64,000 bases of DNA from an uncultured delta proteobacterium (GCA_963803435.1 CAWDML010000001.1:2816001-2880000); one strand, 5' to 3'. Shown: positions 29,021-38,823, counted from the stretch's first letter. The notes: generated from the letters alone by a model not told the origin. Numbers and translations: made by a program.

Positions 29021-29762
29021 TGGAGGTCCTCGGAGAGCGCGAGGCGAAGCGAGACGATCCTGGAGGTCGCCGACCTCGCGGTCGCGTACGGCGCCGATCA
29101 GCGCGCTGCGCGGGATTTCGCTGTCGATCGGGAGGGGCGAGGTCGTCGCGCTGATCGGCGGCAACGGGGCCGGCAAGAGCAGCACGCTCCGCGCCGTCAG
29201 CGGGATGCTCCGGCCGAACGGGGGCCGGATCGTCTTCGACGGTCGAGACGTCACCGGGCTCCCTTCGCACGCGCTCGTTCCGCGCGGCATGGCGCACGCG
29301 CCCGAGGGACGCGGGATCTTTCCCAACATGACGGTCGAGGAGAACCTCGACCTGGGCGCGTACGTCCGGCGCGACGCCGCCGGCATAGACGAGGATCGCG
29401 CCGCTGCGTTCCGCCTCTTCCCGCTGCTCGAGGAGCGCAGGCGGCAGTCCGCCGGCACGCTCTCGGGAGGGGAGCAGCAGATGCTCGCGATCTCCCGGGC
29501 GCTGATGAGCCGACCTCGCCTCCTCCTGCTCGACGAGCCCTCCCTGGGCCTGGCGCCCCAGATCGTGGCCCGCATCTTCGAGACGCTGCGCGAGGTGAAC
29601 GCGCGGGGCGTCTCGATCCTCCTGGTGGAGCAGAACGCCCACCTCGCGCTGTCCCTCGCGCACTACGGCTACGTGCTGGAGACGGGCGAGCTCGTCATGG
29701 CGGGTCCGGGCCGCGCGCTCCTCGAGAGCCCGCAGGTCCGCGAAGTGTATCTGGGCGAGTGA
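29020..29762 (+). CDS. livF: Branched-chain amino acid ABC ATPase (frameshifts in 5' part)
   Basis: GGNGAGKSS, PEGRGIF, LSGGEQQMLAI, LDEPSLGLAP, VREVYLG. Confidence 0.9.
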
Positions 29763-29783
29763 TCGCAGCGGTGGCGTCCGACG
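29674..29783 (+). repeat. 110-bp direct repeat, copy 1 (livF 3' end plus 21 bp downstream)
   Basis: Manual ungapped alignment to 31837-31946 gives 101/110 identical. Confidence 0.9.
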
Positions 29784-29816
29784 GGGGCGTGCGGCGCCTG
29801 GCCGAACGCCGGTCGA

Positions 29817-31511
29817 TCATTGCGGTAGGGAGTAGTGGACGGCCTCGATGACCGCGTCGTTGAACGCCTCATGGAAGAAGCCGCGTACCTTTTCGGCGAT
29901 CCCGCGCTGGGTGAAGGGGACGCCGACCTGAATGACCGCTGAAATGTCGTCGGTTCGATCGGTGATCGAGTCCTCTGCCTGGCCGGCGTAGGCGCTCGCG
30001 ATCCGGTCGCGGACCAGGGCGAAGTCGGTGCGGTCGCGATCGTCGCTGGAAAGGAGGAGGTACGGGCCATCGGGGTGCTTGAACACGTGCACTGCGTGAT
30101 AGCTCTTCCCGGCGGTGCTCTTGAAGCCGACCCAGATCGAGGTGACGCTCTCGTCCGGACGCTCGCTCGCTTCCAGCCATTCGGGCGTGACGTTCTTGAA
30201 GCTCGGGTTCTCCGCCGCGTACTTCTCGCGCTCGACCGCCGAGCTCGCGTCTTGCCTCTCGAAGTAGGCGCGAAGGTCATCGGAGTAGTCGTCCTTCTTG
30301 GCTGCGTCTCCGACGTAGAGCAGCCGATGGGCTTCGAGATCTCCGATCAGGGACCGCGTGAAGATGGCGCGACCGTCACTCACGGCGATGTTGTTGATGA
30401 CCAGACCCTGCGTCAGCTCCAGGATGAAGTGCTTCTCATCCGGGAACACACGGTCCTCGACGGAGAGGTAGCGGTACCATAGCCGGATCTCGATCAGATA
30501 GCCGGGCGGCGCACGCTGCACCACGATCCGGTTGCTGACCTGATCATACTCGGCGTGACGCACTTGCTCCGGATCCGCGCTGATCGAGTAGTCGTAGAGC
30601 TCACCGAAGAGATCCAGCTCGATGATGATGTTCTTCGCGTCGATCTTCCCTGCGTTCTTGATCCGCAGCAGCGCGAAGCGGTTTGGAAAGGCCTCGCGCA
30701 TCCTGGCTCGCTCCTGCTCCAGTGCGAGGAACTCGCGTGCTCCGCCAGCGCCGAGGGCGCTCTCGAGCTTCGCTGCATCTCCCTCCAGGGTGCTGTTGAA
30801 CCACATCCGCAGGCTGGCGAGCGTCTGAGTCACCGTGCTGCTCTGGCCGAGGACCTCGACGGTCGACCCGTGATCACGCCCTCCCAGCACCTCCTCCCCA
30901 ACAGGATGGCGCGCGAGCAGTCGAGCGTACTTCGAAAAGAGCGCCTGGCGATCCCGCATCACCCGGCCCGGCCACTCGCTCGGATGATCGCTCCGCCGGG
31001 AGTAGTACGGAAATCCCGGGAAGGTCTCCACCTGATCCATGACCTGGGCCATGGGATCGACCGCGAACGGATCGATCATCTCCGCGATCGCCACCGAATA
31101 CTCGACCTTCGGGATCGGCTCGAAGACCGAAGCCGGCAGGATCCGCGGCAGAATGATCGCGAGTCCCAGGAACAGGATAGCGGTCATTCCGACGATGAAG
31201 GTGAGGTTGATGACTCGGGTCATCAGGGTGATCTTGGCTTCGGGATCGATCGGAGCGAGGAGCGACACCGGCATCAACCGAGGAAGCGAGTAGGAGACGA
31301 TCGACACGATGATCGCCGTGATTGCGAGCAGGAAGGTGAAGTTGATGATCTGGGTGAGGATCTCGAACGAACCCTCGGCTGTGAGCGGGGTGATGATGCC
31401 CGCGCGAAGCACCCGCGAGAAGACGAGGTAGACGAGGAGGAGCAAGAGGCCTCCGCCGCCGACGTAGCGACGAAATTGCACCAGGAGGCGCAGCGACCCG
31501 GATGGGTTCAT
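29817..31511 (-). CDS. Hypothetical membrane protein (3 N-terminal TM segments + large soluble domain)
   Basis: Long ORF, ATG at 31511 overlaps the stop of the upstream small gene (ATGA). No family recognised. Confidence 0.75.
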   Translation of the reverse strand: MNPSGSLRLLVQFRRYVGGGGLLLLLVYLVFSRVLRAGIITPLTAEGSFEILTQIINFTFLLAITAIIVSIVSYSLPRLMPVSLLAPIDPEAKITLMTRVINLTFIVGMTAILFLGLAIILPRILPASVFEPIPKVEYSVAIAEMIDPFAVDPMAQVMDQVETFPGFPYYSRRSDHPSEWPGRVMRDRQALFSKYARLLARHPVGEEVLGGRDHGSTVEVLGQSSTVTQTLASLRMWFNSTLEGDAAKLESALGAGGAREFLALEQERARMREAFPNRFALLRIKNAGKIDAKNIIIELDLFGELYDYSISADPEQVRHAEYDQVSNRIVVQRAPPGYLIEIRLWYRYLSVEDRVFPDEKHFILELTQGLVINNIAVSDGRAIFTRSLIGDLEAHRLLYVGDAAKKDDYSDDLRAYFERQDASSAVEREKYAAENPSFKNVTPEWLEASERPDESVTSIWVGFKSTAGKSYHAVHVFKHPDGPYLLLSSDDRDRTDFALVRDRIASAYAGQAEDSITDRTDDISAVIQVGVPFTQRGIAEKVRGFFHEAFNDAVIEAVHYSLPQ

Positions 31512-31768
31512 GCCTCTTCGTTGGCTCGCTTCTTCAGAAGGCCGGTCCACACGAAGCTGCCGATGCCGAGCACCACGGCGACCAAGGCCAACCAGAACAG
31601 ATACGAGAGGACTCTACTGATCAGGAGCGCGGTCTGATCAGAGCCGACGCTGGAGAAGACATTCATCTCGAGGATCTTCGCGTAGACGAAGTACAGGGCC
31701 AGGACGACGAGGCCGGCCAGCGAGAGCGGCGTCCGAATGCGCTCGATGATTCCCGAAACGGCTTCCAT
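31508..31768 (-). CDS. Small 2-TM hypothetical protein
   Basis: 86 aa, two hydrophobic helices, similar to the N-terminus of the downstream protein. Confidence 0.75.
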   Translation of the reverse strand: MEAVSGIIERIRTPLSLAGLVVLALYFVYAKILEMNVFSSVGSDQTALLISRVLSYLFWLALVAVVLGIGSFVWTGLLKKRANEEA

Positions 31769-31836
31769 TGCGGATCGATCTTAAAGCTGAGCCGAGCGCG
31801 ATGGGCTGGGACAACGGTCCCACATGGGCGGGCACC

Positions 31837-31946
31837 TGCTGGAGACGGGCGAGATCGTCATGGCGGGTCCGGGCCGCCCGCTCCTCGAGGGCCCGAGGGT
31901 CCGCAAAGTGTATCTGGGCGAGTGATCGCGGGTGTGGCGTCCGACG
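31837..31946 (+). repeat. 110-bp direct repeat, copy 2 (orphan livF 3' fragment)
   Basis: Encodes LETGEIVMAGPGRPLLEGPRVRKVYLGE*, versus LETGELVMAGPGRALLESPQVREVYLGE* in livF. Confidence 0.9.
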
Positions 31947-31971
31947 TGCATGCGCGAGAAGGGAGGAAGTG

Positions 31972-33549
31972 GTGGGGAATACGTTCAAGCCGCCGTGCGA
32001 CGAAGGGCTCCTCTTGGCGCCGAATGCCGCGGCCTCGGCGGCGCCCTTGGACGGGCCCTGGATCCTGGCCGCCACGATCCTCGGATCCAGCATGGCCTTC
32101 ATCGACAGCACCGTGGTCAACGTGGCGCTCCCGGCGCTGCAGGCCGACTTCTCGGCGACGGTCCTCGACGCACAGTGGGTCGTCGAGTCGTATGCGCTGC
32201 CGCTGGCCGCGCTGCTCCTGGTGGGCGGATCGCTCGGCGATCGCTACGGGCGCCGCCTGATCTATGCGCTCGGCATCGCCGTCTTCGCCCTCGCCTCGGC
32301 GTGGTGCACGCTGGCGCCGAGCGTCGGCCAGCTCATCCTGGCGCGCGCGATCCAGGGCGCCGGGGCGGCGCTGCTCGTCCCCGGCAGCCTTGCGATCATC
32401 AGCGCTTCGTTCGGGGACGAGGCGCGCGGTCGAGCGATCGGCACGTGGTCCGCCTTCACCTCGATCACCGCGGCGGTGGGACCGGTGATCGGCGGCTGGC
32501 TCGTCGAGAATATCTCGTGGCGCGCTGCGTTCTGCATCAACGTCCCGATCGCCGTCGTCGTCCTGACCCTCCTCTTCTGGCGCGTGCCCGAGAGCCGGGG
32601 CGCGGCGCAGCACTCCCGGCTCGACTGGCCCGGCGCCGCGCTCGTCACCCTCGGGCTGGGCGCCGCGGTCTACGGGTTGATCGAGTCCTCCCGGTTCCAC
32701 TTCGCACATCCGATCGTGATCGGGTCGCTCGGCGGCGGCGTGGCGCTGCTGGCCGCCTTCGTGCTCGTGGAAGCCCGCGCCCCCGATCCGATGCTCCCCC
32801 TGGGCCTGTTTCGCTCGCCCCATTTCCGCGGCGCCAACGTGCTCACGCTCCTCCTCTACGCCGCGCTGAGCGGGGCGCTCTTCTTCCTCCCGCTCGATCT
32901 GATCCAGGTTCAAGGCTACTCGGCCACCGCCGCCGGCGCCGCGCTGCTCCCGTTCATCCTGCTCATGTTCTTCCTCTCCCGCTGGTCCGGCGGGCTGGTC
33001 GCACGCTACGGGCCGCGCCGGCCGCTGATCATCGGGCCCGCGATCGCCTCGGCCGGGTTCGTCCTCCTCGCCGTGCCCGACGTCGGCCGGACCTACTGGG
33101 TGACGTTCTTCCCCGCGGTCGTGGTGCTGGGTCTGGGGATGGCGGTCAGCGTCGCGCCCCTGACGACCACGGTGATGAGCGCCGTCGAACAGAACCGCGC
33201 CGGCGTCGCCTCCGGCGTCAACAACGCCGTCTCGCGCACGGCGGGGCTCCTGGCGGTGGCCGTGTTCGGGATTGTGATGCTCCAGATGTTCGACCTCAGG
33301 CTCGACGAACACCTGCGAACCGCCGACCTCACGCAGGCGGAGCGGACCGTGCTCGGACAGGAGCGACTGCGGCTGGCCGACATGCCGGTGCCGGCCACTC
33401 TCGACCGCGAGACCCGCACCGAGATTGAAGCCGCCATCGACGATGCCTTCGTCTTCGGGTTCCGCTGCCTCATGCTCGTCGCCGCGGGCCTGGCGGCGGC
33501 CGGAGCGGCGACCGCGTGGTGGATGATCCCGGACCGCTCCCCTCGATGA
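31972..33549 (+). CDS. MFS drug/H+ antiporter, DHA2 (EmrB/QacA) family
   Basis: DSTVVNVALP, GSLGDRYGRR, RAIQGAGAA, 14-TM layout. GTG start after GGAGG. Confidence 0.92.
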   Translation: MGNTFKPPCDEGLLLAPNAAASAAPLDGPWILAATILGSSMAFIDSTVVNVALPALQADFSATVLDAQWVVESYALPLAALLLVGGSLGDRYGRRLIYALGIAVFALASAWCTLAPSVGQLILARAIQGAGAALLVPGSLAIISASFGDEARGRAIGTWSAFTSITAAVGPVIGGWLVENISWRAAFCINVPIAVVVLTLLFWRVPESRGAAQHSRLDWPGAALVTLGLGAAVYGLIESSRFHFAHPIVIGSLGGGVALLAAFVLVEARAPDPMLPLGLFRSPHFRGANVLTLLLYAALSGALFFLPLDLIQVQGYSATAAGAALLPFILLMFFLSRWSGGLVARYGPRRPLIIGPAIASAGFVLLAVPDVGRTYWVTFFPAVVVLGLGMAVSVAPLTTTVMSAVEQNRAGVASGVNNAVSRTAGLLAVAVFGIVMLQMFDLRLDEHLRTADLTQAERTVLGQERLRLADMPVPATLDRETRTEIEAAIDDAFVFGFRCLMLVAAGLAAAGAATAWWMIPDRSPR

Positions 33550-33591
33550 TCACACCTCACCGATATCCCGCACGGTGGTGGTAAAGCGGAC

Positions 33592-33753
33592 ATGCTCCGC
33601 ATCGCAGCTCTGACGGCGGCCGTGCTCCTGTGCGCGTGCGACCTCGGCGGCAGCGCGACCGACCGCGGCGTCACGCCCGGGCTCCCGTTCGACGTCAACG
33701 TCTCGCGCGCCGCGGCCGCACCCTTCTGCAAGGGGGCGTCACCTCGGGCCTGA
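33592..33753 (+). pseudogene. Possible truncated lipoprotein fragment (53 aa)
   Basis: MLRIAALTAAVLLCAC signal/lipobox followed by an early stop. Confidence 0.25.
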
Positions 33754-33769
33754 TCATGCATGTGATCGC

Positions 33770-34048
33770 CTACCTGGGCGCCGGCGTGCTGTGAGAGGAG
33801 GGGATATCGTGTTCGCTGAGGCGATCGATGATCTGCTGGAGACGTTCGGGAGAAGAAGTACCGAGGAAGGCATTGGTCTGCATGGCGGTGATCGAGATCT
33901 TCACGTACGGGGGGTGCGAGGAGATGACCACGGAGATCGGACCCCACTGGGCGTCGACGATGAAGAAGGTGTAGTGGGTGACGAAGCCGAGTCGTCGCTC
34001 CAGGTTTCGATTCCACGGTAGAGCGCTTCCATCTTCAGCGGCATCCAA
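33770..34048 (-). other. Short ORF, possible transposase-like remnant
   Basis: Protein-like segment FVTHYTFFIVDAQWGPISVVISSHPPY. Family resemblance is from memory and unverified. Confidence 0.25.
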
Positions 34049-34216
34049 CGACGCTCGCGAATCGGCCCTACGAGCGCACGATCCGAACTCGCAACGCTCA
34101 ACTGACGACTCTCGACCTCCAGAAACCGGTAGCCATCGGTTCGCCACAACCTCTCCCCGCCCTCTCCTCTTCGCCTCCCCGGCTCTGCAAGAGGCGGGGA
34201 CCAAGCTGGCTTCACC

Positions 34217-35488
34217 ATGAAGCCCATCGGCCGCATCTTCGTCATCGGACTCATCTTCCTCTTCACCAGCGTCGCCTGGCTCATCCTGGGCGGCGTCATG
34301 AACCAGCGCTCCAGCGATCAGCGCTGGAAGCTGCAGCAGAACGTCTCCGAGCTCTGGGGTCAGCCGCAGGCACAGCGCGCGCCGGTGCTCACGTTCCGCT
34401 GGACCACGCCGCGCCAGGTGCTGCGCCAGGAGCAGGTCGGCAAGAACATCCGCACGATCCGCGAGACGGTCATCGACGCGCACGAGAAGCCTGTCGCGCC
34501 CGACTCGACGACGCTGGGCGTGAAGCTGGCCCTCGATCAGCGGCTGAAGGGGTTGATGTGGTACTCGCTCTACGACGTCGCCTTCGACGGCCGCTGGACC
34601 TACGTCCATCAGGACGACCAAGGCGGCGAGCTCGCGATCGCGTTCACCTTTCCCGACGCGACCGGCATCTACGACGACTTCCACTTCACCATCAACGGCA
34701 AGTCGATCGAGCTGTCGCCGCAGAACGGCGTGGTGCAGACGAGCATCCCGGTGGCGAAGGGCGATCAGATCGAGCTCTCCATCGGATACCTCTCCCGCGG
34801 CATGGACTCCTGGAGCTACGTCCCCTCCGACGGCGTGGCCAGCCTCGCCAACTTCGACGTCGACCTCACCACCGACTTCGACGAGATCGACTTCCCCGGA
34901 AACTCCATGTCGCCCTCGTCGAAGACCAAGATCGACGGCGGCTGGGCGCTGCGCTGGAGCTTCCGGCGCGTGATCACCGGTTACAAGATCGGCATGGTGA
35001 TGCCGACCAAGATTCAGCCGGGCGAGCTCGCCTCGGAGCTCTCCTTCTCGGCCCCGATCTCGCTCCTGTTCTTCTTCCTCATGATCTGGGTGGTCTCGAC
35101 GCTCAAGAAGATCGAGATCCACCCGATCAACTACTTCTTCCTCGGCGGCGCCTTCTTCGCCTTCCACCTGCTGTTCTCGTACTCGGTCGATCACCTCACG
35201 CTCGTCCCCGCGTTCATCCTGGCGAGCACCGTCAGCATCCTCCTGGTGGTGACCTACCTCCGGCTGGTGGTGTCGAACCGGTTCGCGTTCGTCGAGGCGG
35301 CGCTGGCGCAGCTCATCTATCTGGTCGGCTTCTCGCTGGCGCACTTCTGGGACGGGTATACCGGCCTCACGGTCACCTGCCTCTCGATCCTGACGCTCTT
35401 CCTGCTGATGCAGCTGACCGGCCGCATCCGCTGGACCGAGATGCTGACGGTGCGGCGCAACGAGGACGGTCGGATGAGCCCTTCCTGA
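34217..35488 (+). CDS. CreD-family inner membrane protein
   Basis: N-terminal TM, ELWGQPQ, periplasmic domain, IHPINYFF..AFFAFHLLFSY, LMQLTGRIRW. Confidence 0.8.
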   Translation: MKPIGRIFVIGLIFLFTSVAWLILGGVMNQRSSDQRWKLQQNVSELWGQPQAQRAPVLTFRWTTPRQVLRQEQVGKNIRTIRETVIDAHEKPVAPDSTTLGVKLALDQRLKGLMWYSLYDVAFDGRWTYVHQDDQGGELAIAFTFPDATGIYDDFHFTINGKSIELSPQNGVVQTSIPVAKGDQIELSIGYLSRGMDSWSYVPSDGVASLANFDVDLTTDFDEIDFPGNSMSPSSKTKIDGGWALRWSFRRVITGYKIGMVMPTKIQPGELASELSFSAPISLLFFFLMIWVVSTLKKIEIHPINYFFLGGAFFAFHLLFSYSVDHLTLVPAFILASTVSILLVVTYLRLVVSNRFAFVEAALAQLIYLVGFSLAHFWDGYTGLTVTCLSILTLFLLMQLTGRIRWTEMLTVRRNEDGRMSPS

Positions 35489-35519
35489 CGCTGGAGGCGA
35501 GCCGTCGTATCATCGCGCG

Positions 35520-36455
35520 GTGACGGTCTCCATCGTCCGTGACACCCGCTTCCGCGATCACGATCCCGGACCCGGCCACCCCGAGCGACCCGAGCGTCTC
35601 AAGGCGATCGACAACCTGCTCGAGAGCCCCAAGGCCAGCGACCTCGAGATGCACCGGATCGCGCCCCGCGCCGCGACGCGCGCCGAGCTCGAGCTCAACC
35701 ACGACCCCTCCTATCTCGACGCCCTCGACCGCGTCCGCGGGCGCTCCGCGCGCCTCGACCCCGACACTTCAGCCAGCGAGCGCTCGATCGAGATCGCCTA
35801 TGAAGCCGCCGGGTCGACGATCGATCTGTTCACCGCGATCGCGAAGAAGGAGGCGCCGCCGGGAATCGCGCTGGTGCGCCCGCCCGGGCATCACGCCCCT
35901 CCGGATCGCGCGATGGGCTTCTGTCTGATCAACAACATGGCGGTGGCAGCGCGATCGTTGATCGCGAATGGTCTCGCCGAACGCATCGTCATCTACGATT
36001 GGGACGTCCACCACGGGAACGGCACGCAGGATTCGTTCTATCGCGATCCTCACGTCCTCTACCTCTCGACGCACCAGTCACCGTTCTATCCCGGCACCGG
36101 GAGCAGCAAGGAGATCGGCGAAGGCAAGGGCGAAGGGACGACGCTCAACGTCCCGCTCGCGGCCGGCACCGACGACGCGAAGCTCCTCGAGGCCAACCGC
36201 GAGCTGCTCCTCGCGAAGGCGCGCGCCTTTCACCCGGACATGATCCTCATCTCGGCGGGCTTCGACCCGTACGAGCGGGATCCGCTGGGCGGCTTCCGGA
36301 TCACGATCGACGGCTTCGGGGAGCTGGCGGCCCGCTGGCGCGAGCTCGCCGATCAGGTGGCCGGCGGGCGCATCGCTGCGGTGCTGGAGGGCGGATACGA
36401 TCTCGACGGCCTGGCGCGCTCGGTGCTGGCGCTGCTCCGCCGGTGGGACACCTGA
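35520..36455 (+). CDS. Histone deacetylase family Zn amidohydrolase
   Basis: HPERPERL, RPPGHHA, MGFC, DVHHGNGTQ, SAGFD, LEGGY. Confidence 0.95.
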   Translation: MTVSIVRDTRFRDHDPGPGHPERPERLKAIDNLLESPKASDLEMHRIAPRAATRAELELNHDPSYLDALDRVRGRSARLDPDTSASERSIEIAYEAAGSTIDLFTAIAKKEAPPGIALVRPPGHHAPPDRAMGFCLINNMAVAARSLIANGLAERIVIYDWDVHHGNGTQDSFYRDPHVLYLSTHQSPFYPGTGSSKEIGEGKGEGTTLNVPLAAGTDDAKLLEANRELLLAKARAFHPDMILISAGFDPYERDPLGGFRITIDGFGELAARWRELADQVAGGRIAAVLEGGYDLDGLARSVLALLRRWDT

Positions 36456-36465
36456 GGGCGGACGG

Positions 36466-38823
36466 TCAGAAGGACTGGAGGAACGCCAGCAGAGCGGCGC
36501 GATCTGCCGGCGCCAGCGCCTGATACGCCGCCTGGCTCGCCGCCGCCTCGCCCTCGTGGCGCGCGATCGCATCCTCGATGGAGTACGAGCGTCCATCGTG
36601 CAGGTAAGGCGCAGTCTCGCTGAGCCCCCACAGCGGCGGGGTCCGGAACTGCCGCATGGACGCGTTGCCCGCGGCGATCCCGCGATAACCGGCCGGTGCG
36701 ACGTCGTGGAGCAGGAGGTCGCTGTAGAGGGGCACGGGCGTGCCGTCGGAGGCCGTCAGGGCCGGCACGTGACAACCCGCGCATCCGACGTCACCGAACA
36801 GGGCCTCACCCGCGGCCTCGAGCGCGGCGTCGACGGGCTTCCGGTGGGGCGGCGCGAGCAGATCCATGTAGAACACCAGCGCCTCCAAATCTTCGAGCGA
36901 GACCTCCGGGTCGCTCGCACCATCTTGATCGCTGAGCTTGCCGAACGTCTGGCCGGGCTCGGCCGGGACGGTCACACCCACCTCGTTGCTCATGCCGTCG
37001 CGGGCGAACTCGTGCACGGATGGGACGTCGGCCTTCCAGCCGAGCCGGCCGAGACGACCGTCGGCGGTCCGCTGCGCGACCCCGCGGATGCCGTCGCCGT
37101 CGGCGTCCTCCGGATCCTCACGCGCCAGGATCTCGGCGTCCGGGATCTGATCGATGCGCCCGACGCCGAGGACGAGCGGCGGCTGGCGGTGCTCGAACGT
37201 GTTGGCCTCGGGATCGACAGGCGCTCGCGCCGGCATCACCAGGAGCTTGTGCGCGATCGATCCCGCGCTGCACTGCGTGTAGCGGAAGGGCGTGGTCGAG
37301 GTATCGACGATCCCCTGCCGCGTGACGTTGACGCCTGCGGGGCCGGCACCGCCGATCACCGGATCGAAGTGGCAAGCGCGGCAGGAATCTCCGTTGTAGC
37401 GCGGCCCGAGCCCACCTCCGAGGCTGAAATCGCGGTCGAAGACCTCGCGACCCTTGCGGAACCTCTCCTTCTCCGCCGGGTCGAGGCTGCGCCAGGGGCC
37501 GCCGTACTCTCCGACCGACGGGATCGGCTCGTCGGGAGCGAGCAGCCCCTCGGTGCGCTGGTCTCTGCCGCCGAGCGACTCGAGGAAGCCGACCACCGAC
37601 GCGCGCTCGCTGTCGGAGAGCGCGAGGTAGCGATCGCGGGCGGCCGTGGCCTCACCACCGTGGAGCCGGATCGCCTGGTCGAGGGTGTCTGCGCGACCGT
37701 CGTGAAGGTACGGCGCCACGGCGGCCACACCCCACAGCGGCTGGGTGCGGAACTCCGAGCCGGTCGCCTCCTTCATGAAGATGCCGTCCGCCAGCTCGGC
37801 GCCCATGTCGTGCAGCAACAGATCGGAGTAGAGCGGGATCAGGCCGCGCGGTCCCAGGAGCGCCGGCACGTGGCACTTGTCGCAGCCGACGTCGCCGAAC
37901 AGCGCGCGGCCCGCCTCGGTCGCAGGCGTCTGTGCCTCGGGCCTCGGCGCGGCCAGCAGCATCGAGAACGAGACCAGGTCGAACAGATCCTGCTCCGCGA
38001 GCTCGGGATCGGGCGCGTCGTCCAGGTCCACCGTCGGCACGTCGGGCGCGGCCGCCTGGCCTCTCACGGTGGCTCCGATCTCGGGCGAGAGACCCCGCAT
38101 CGTGTGGCCCACGTTGCTGGGCACGGGAAGCTGCGCTCGGAGCGCGTCTCGAAGGGGAGCGCTGGTGATACCAAGGTGGTTGAAGAGCGGGCCGCGGATG
38201 AAGCCCTCGATCGATACGGTCTGCGACTTGCGACCGAAGCGTCCCACGAAGCCGCGATCGTAGTTCGGCCGACCGCTGATCCCATCGCCGTCGGCGTCGT
38301 CAGGATCGGCGTTCTCGAGGATCGCGTCGTCGGGGAGCTCCGCCAGCAGGCCCACGCCGAAGAAGGGGATCGCGTTTCTCAGCGCGGCGATGTTGGTGGC
38401 GGGCGCGTCCGGGACCCGTACGGCGCCGGCCGGATCGTACTGCTGCTGGATGCCGTTGACGCCGGTGGCGGTGAAGACGCCGGCCTCGTTCATGTTGCCC
38501 ACCAGCAGGAAGTTCCGGTAGCGGCCCGAGCTGCCTCCGAACACGGGCTTCTCGTGGCAGGCACCGCAGAACGTGACGTTGAAGCTGGGCCCGAGGCCCT
38601 CCTCGGGAGTGAAGCGCCGTTTCAGGACCTCCCGCCCGCGCATGAACGTGTCCAGCTGCTCGGCGCTCGCGAAGGCCACCGGCTCACCGAGCTCCGCGAA
38701 GATCCCGTCGGCGATCGACGGCGGCGCGGGGGGCGGCACCTCTTCGTCTCCGCTGCAGGCGAAGAGTCCAAGCGAGAAGAGGGGCCAGGCGAGGAGGAGG
38801 TGGGGCCGGCGAATTTTTTTCAC
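36466..38823 (-). CDS. Di-heme oxidoreductase (DHOR) family lipoprotein, tandem duplicated
   Basis: Four CxxCH (CGACH, CDKCH, CRACH, CAGCH), two each of GLGP.[FY]N, YSDLLLHD, FRT.PLWG, YLHDGR. Lipobox LFAC. GTG start inferred. Confidence 0.88.
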   Translation of the reverse strand: MKKIRRPHLLLAWPLFSLGLFACSGDEEVPPPAPPSIADGIFAELGEPVAFASAEQLDTFMRGREVLKRRFTPEEGLGPSFNVTFCGACHEKPVFGGSSGRYRNFLLVGNMNEAGVFTATGVNGIQQQYDPAGAVRVPDAPATNIAALRNAIPFFGVGLLAELPDDAILENADPDDADGDGISGRPNYDRGFVGRFGRKSQTVSIEGFIRGPLFNHLGITSAPLRDALRAQLPVPSNVGHTMRGLSPEIGATVRGQAAAPDVPTVDLDDAPDPELAEQDLFDLVSFSMLLAAPRPEAQTPATEAGRALFGDVGCDKCHVPALLGPRGLIPLYSDLLLHDMGAELADGIFMKEATGSEFRTQPLWGVAAVAPYLHDGRADTLDQAIRLHGGEATAARDRYLALSDSERASVVGFLESLGGRDQRTEGLLAPDEPIPSVGEYGGPWRSLDPAEKERFRKGREVFDRDFSLGGGLGPRYNGDSCRACHFDPVIGGAGPAGVNVTRQGIVDTSTTPFRYTQCSAGSIAHKLLVMPARAPVDPEANTFEHRQPPLVLGVGRIDQIPDAEILAREDPEDADGDGIRGVAQRTADGRLGRLGWKADVPSVHEFARDGMSNEVGVTVPAEPGQTFGKLSDQDGASDPEVSLEDLEALVFYMDLLAPPHRKPVDAALEAAGEALFGDVGCAGCHVPALTASDGTPVPLYSDLLLHDVAPAGYRGIAAGNASMRQFRTPPLWGLSETAPYLHDGRSYSIEDAIARHEGEAAASQAAYQALAPADRAALLAFLQSF

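Noticed and set aside
26194-29762. Programmed frameshifting or phase variation in liv genes
   Set aside because: Too many indels, and none in slippery or long homopolymer tracts.
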